DNA of 64,000 nucleotides from Perkinsus chesapeaki ATCC PRA-425 (lineage: Eukaryota > Protista > Perkinsozoa): the NCBI GenBank assembly GCA_013115145.1, contig JAAPAO010000035.1, positions 1-64,000 on the forward strand. Reading direction: 5' to 3'. This document shows positions 59,275 to 64,000 of this stretch, in pieces. Under the pieces are notes generated by a model. That model was not told the origin of the DNA, did not search any database, and was given only the letters and a program-made list of their open reading frames with translations. Within the stretch, counting starts at the first letter, position 1. Every line of letters begins with the position of its first letter. Made by a program: the position numbers and the translations under genes.

Positions 59275-61550
59275 TCAAGCTTGCGCAGAGACCGCCGGAC
59301 CGTAGCTTTCGCGCCAGTAGATTCGGTATACAACCCTTCCTAGAGCACGCTTCAAGCTACCGCTTTCGAAAGATACTCTTGCCGCGATCACTAAGAGCCG
59401 CTTTTGCCTGTCATATACCCTATACCGCCGTAGTGCTCTTCCGCCTTTGAACAGGATACCTCTACTGCAATTTGACAAGTCTAGTTATCGGAGCTAGTAA
59501 TATGCATGAATTCCAACGGCGCTCCAGGCCAACCCCTCTAGGTTGCCACTGCGAAAGGTAGATATCACCAAGGATGGGGTAGCAAAGTCAAACTTCACCC
59601 TCTAATGACATACTTATCCGCCTCATACAAATCTTATATACATCTATCTAAATATATATCCGCCAATTTCTAAACGTTGTGCAGTAACCAAATACTCTCT
59701 ACCGGTTACATCACAGCTGTCCAACATAAAAATTTCCCGGTTGAAATTCCCTTTTTCCCAACTTGAGAAAAATGATTCTGAGAAGCGAACGGTCCAATGG
59801 GTCTATCGGTACTTATGGATAGGGTCCGTGCCACCCAAGGCAGCTACTATATCCTTGCCTCCCTTACTACCAACATAGCACATCGGAGAAGTTTCTTGGC
59901 GAATGCAGCAACAGACGCCCCAGGCAGCATCGGCGACTTCAAGGCCAGCAATAACAGACGAAGGAAGCGGTGACGATATGGTAGAGTGAGTGTAGTGGGA
60001 GTGAGGAGGGCATACAGACGAGAGTAGAACGCAGATAGGCTGTTGTCTATATACCTGAATAAACCCCTGCAAAAAGGAAAGCCCAATGGAAAGCAGCCAC
60101 TCTAGAGGGTTACGCGTTAAGCGCTGCATCGGTTCATTATATAAAGAACGTTCCGAAAATAAATCTATAGAGGGGCTATCAGTAATGCCGTAGTGATAAT
60201 CAATGTATCCCTTAAATAGGCCACCATTCTGATTCGGTATTGCGGAGAAGCTCACTGGCCTTACCAGAAGCCGGTGCGTTACGCTTTGTACCTTATATAC
60301 TTGGCCGGAGTCGCAGCAAGGCACTTCGTAATAAATAGGCTACAATACAAAAGCCCATGTCATATTGCTGGACAACCACTGACGACCAATATTCTGACGC
60401 GGGGCGCAAATTTGACTAGAAGTCTATCCGATAAGTTCATCGATAAGACGGCGAATATATAGATGTAGAATTTCGAGCCTCCCCTTACTACGATGGATCT
60501 CCAATGTTAGCCTGGGTAAGCAAATAGAACAGGCCGCTGAGAGCCAGCACACTGTTCGTAGTGTCCTCTGCTGTATCGCTGCCATCGAACGCCTACACTA
60601 GCCACTACGAGCAATACGGGGACATGAAATAGTACTTTGAGATAGAAGTCGCCAAGGTACTGCGGTGAAGGCAGGTAAGGGAGGACGTTACTGGGCAAAT
60701 GGCGAAGGACCAGACGAAGAAGGTCCGTAGATAGATCCAAACGGAGGAAGGTTAACCTGGTCACCCATACCACTCCTTCCTCAACAAACCCTTATACTAC
60801 CATGCATCCTGGAAGGCCCGTCTCAGGCTGGGCAGCCCCTTGCATGTGGCCTTACCGCTGGTGTCCAGTGGCTCTGTTTGGCAGATTGCTATTGTTGGTG
60901 GAGCGTAGGCCTCCAGTAGAGTGTAAAGCCTCTCGAGGATCTCCTCAGTATCGACTCCAGAGCCCTTTATAGCTGTTATAACGGGGCGAGTGTTGCTGGT
61001 ATCCACACCATCCAGGGCGGAGCTGACCAGTTTGAGATAGGACAACACTTGAAGGTAGACGTCCCAATGGGCATTGGCCAGCTCTCCGACCAAGACTGCA
61101 GCGGCATAGTCGGGATCATAGACATTGATGATAACCGATAGGACCGTCGCTTGGACCAACTCCAACGGAAAGGCGCCAGCGATGTCGCATTCGGACTTAA
61201 TGGCCTCAACCATCAGCCTGGTGCCGAGAGTGATGGCTTGCTCCGAGTGGGACTGTAGTAGCTGCTCTAGCATCGACTGTAGAGCCTTCCAGTACAGGTC
61301 CAAGGCGGTGTCCTTAGCGTGTTTGGTATAGACTAGACCTCCGGCCTTAACCTTATATACACAGCATGCTCTCAAAGCAGCTTTAAGGCGAACAGCCACT
61401 ACGGGCAAAGGGACGTCACCCTCGATGGCTAGCAATCTGACCAGATTCGAATCTTTCCATTTTGACCTCTAAAGAACCTTACCGTCTGGCCGCTTTGAGA
61501 TCACCACTGGCAGCTATCTTATCGATTTGGACCTTCGTCAATTCCTTCAT
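59275..61550 (-). CDS. NOC4: nucleolar complex protein 4 (CBF/Mak21 family), multi-exon
   Basis: RRAFQDAW, LRLVLRHLPSNVLPYLPSPQYLGDF and FYSRLYALL...YRHRFLRLLLLALKSPMLP...AAFAKKLLR. The 3' end is approximate. Confidence 0.8.
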
Positions 61551-61580
61551 CTTACCAATGCAATCCTATCATGACGGAAA

Positions 61581-61619
61581 TTCGTGGCGCGCGCCACTTC
61601 TCATTTCGTGGCGCGCGCC
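61581..61619. promoter_or_regulatory. tandem TTCGTGGCGCGCGCC motif in divergent intergenic region
   Basis: Exact 15-mer at 61581-61595 and 61605-61619. The first contains the 14-bp palindrome GTGGCGCGCGCCAC. Confidence 0.45.
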
Positions 61620-61958
61620 CTAGAGCGCGATTTGGCGTCGATTTTGCTGTTCCTGCTGCTCATGTGCGACCTGTTCTTATTTCAGCCATTTTTGGAATGC
61701 ATGATAATCTACTTCGCGGGATAGTGGACATGTCAAAGATACTCTTGATCTCACTCGTAAAGATTCACCAGAGGTTGATTCATGGTACAAGCTTGCTTTA
61801 GGCGATCAGCGTCGCAGAGGCAACTAAAGCGAGGGTGGCAGTGGACCCGGCTACTAGGGGGCCCACTATAGGGGATGTAGATAATATTGTGGCGCGTGAT
61901 TTTAATCCGCCCGTGGTAGGTAATTCCCGGGCTAAATGTAGAGCCCGGTTCCTATCTC

Positions 61959-64000
61959 ATGCCACTTTGGGGCGTCTTCCTCCTCATTCTGGCTCCGGCG
62001 ACCATCGGCCTGTCCTGGAGTATCTTTGAGGTATCTTTGTCCGTATTTCGCACTATAAAGATTCCAAATAGGTCATTCGGCTGCATAAGCTGCCTATAGA
62101 CGGCACAGGTGTAGCCAGATTCCCGGACTCTGGGGAATCCACTAACGGGTATGTCTTGCTCCATCTCTTCGATGTTGCCATCCTTCTATCAGGGACTCCC
62201 CTTTGCTCAGCGAGTCGACCGCTGTAGAGAAGTCTCTTAAGATGATGCGGCAGGTCAGCGCTCATATAGCAGAGGGCGCCACTGCCTTCCTGGTGGAGGA
62301 ATACAAGTCGGTTGGGGGGAGGGCAACAGCCTTTGACTCAGTCGCGGAAATGTGTTCTTTGGAAGGGAACCTTAATAGGAAATAAACTATAAAAATCATA
62401 TAGGAATAGCCATAGTGAATTGTAAAGTATAATACTTTATCGGTATAGTTAAAGCCCACCCCACTATATTTATTATTAATAGAGGGCTCGGCAGTGAAAG
62501 GGGAAGCTTTCAATGGGCCGCACCCGTGGCTGTTGCCACACTGTAGAGCTTCGCTCCGCTGTAGTGCCTTATTATTAGGTACCTGCTGGTGTATATAATA
62601 ATATTCGGTATCGTTATTGGCGTGGTAACGAGCTGGTTTGCCGCACTGTCATTCTTGGTTGGAGCCATCACCAGCTGTCTCTCCGGCTTCATAGGGATGA
62701 GGACCGCTGTCTTCTGCAATGTACCGCCAGCTTTCCAAGGCCTACTTCTGACGGTTAATAGGTACGGACGGCCCACGAGTGTTGGAAGGAGCTTCGGTTG
62801 GGCTATGACGTGGCGATCCGTGGAGGCTCGGTGATGGGGTTCAGTCTCGTGAGGTAGTAACTGAGGAAGGATTCCAATGCATCTGTTTCGGCAGCCTCGG
62901 GGTGTTCACGCTGTTCGGTCTGGTGTCATTACTCAATGCTGTCATGAAGCTGGAGAACTCAGCAAAGAGCTATGATGGGCCCAGCATACTTTTCGAGGCC
63001 CTCGCGGGGTAGTGATAGCGTCGGCTGCCAGGGGTGATGTACTAGTGGGTCAGGTACGGTCTAGGGGCCTCCTCGATAGCCCTTTTCGCTCGAGTTGGTG
63101 GGGGCATATACACCAAGGCGGCCGATGTTGGAGCTGATCTAAGCGGTATTAGGGTCATCAGAATTGGGTGTCACCAATTCTTGGGTAGGTAAGAACGAGT
63201 ACGGTATGGACGAGGACGACCCACGCAATCCGGCCTGTATAGCGGACAACGTTGGTAGGCTGCGGGCGTTGGAAGGCAGGGTCGTCCTTTATGGTGCTGT
63301 TAGGCGATAATGTCGGGGATGTGGCCGGTATGGGAGCGGACCTCTTCGGCTCGTTTGCGGAGGCTACATGTGCTGCATTCGTGCTGATAGGAAAGTAACA
63401 ATCTGGTCGGACCTGCCGTGGTCTAGTGCTATTGCCGTTTCAGTTCTACTTTGTCCCATTTGAACATCTACGAGGCCCCTATAATGTACCCCTTACTGAT
63501 CTCCTCATCGGGTAGGCGTCGAAGGTCCTGTGGGCGGCAGGAGTGTGGGTGCGTAGGTATATTCGTGAGCTGGTTCACGGTGCTGTTCCTTCGGTTGGCG
63601 ATGCCTGTGAAGGACATCCCGTGCATTGAGAAATCGCTTAAGTAGGCGGCGGGTGGAGCCATGACTGAGGGCTCACGGTGGTCCCAGGTATCTGCTATTT
63701 GTATCCACTTTACTCATGACGCCGGTCATTATCGGCTTGTCCTACGTGTGTCTGCCGCCAGAGTTCATGGTCGGCATTCGGTCGCCATTGCTGCCGCAGT
63801 CGCTCAAAGAGGAGGATGCTGGGAAAATGGTGGAGTGGTAGTAAAGGCTATTGGGGGGTAGGAGGATCCCTGTGAGCAGGTACGCCTGTATGGCGTCGGT
63901 TCTGATGGGATTGTGGTCTGGCCTACTGGTGGGGATAGTGACAGAGTAGTTGATGATAGCTGTCTTAAGAGTGGTATGCCGTTGGCAGGTACTTCACCAG
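61959..64000 (+). CDS. VP1: membrane H+-translocating pyrophosphatase (V-PPase), 3'-partial, multi-exon
   Basis: [92 protein letters not shown]. Confidence 0.95.

Noticed and set aside
1-64000. Many short antisense or overlapping ORFs in the track; CRISPR array; rRNA
   Set aside because: The ORFs are shadows of GC-rich exons on the opposite strand. No regularly spaced repeat-spacer array or rRNA-like sequence was seen.

Overview
Eukaryotic, gene-dense DNA with many short (about 38-60 nt) GT-AG introns. The gene set and style suggest an alveolate protist, probably Perkinsus (inference). 1-1077 is the 3' end of an LTR retrotransposon (integrase plus probable 3' LTR). 1.3-23.1 kb holds a dispersed plus-strand array of six intact and one truncated paralogs of an unrecognised small single-pass surface protein. 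Each has a signal peptide, repeated F-D-G-h-x-h-E-x-P motifs in Ser/Thr/Pro-rich linkers, a Gln-containing TM helix and a D-L-E-x-G-type tail. Most share an upstream TGCA-containing module and a final intron. The array is interleaved with minus-strand housekeeping genes (beta-hydroxyacid dehydrogenase, EFM4/METTL13-like methyltransferase), pseudogene copies of neighbours (methyltransferase, PSMB3) and small repeat or hairpin elements. 23.9-64 kb is mostly housekeeping: PSMB3, CHMP5/VPS60, a UPF1-like helicase, GH20 hexosaminidase, a TPR protein, a TPT-family transporter, an RRM+SPOC protein, CSN6, GT10 fucosyltransferase, AP-3 beta, a secreted J-domain-like protein, NOC4 and a partial H+-PPase. 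Exon boundaries were read by eye, no database search was possible, and no rRNA, CRISPR array or intact tRNA was found.
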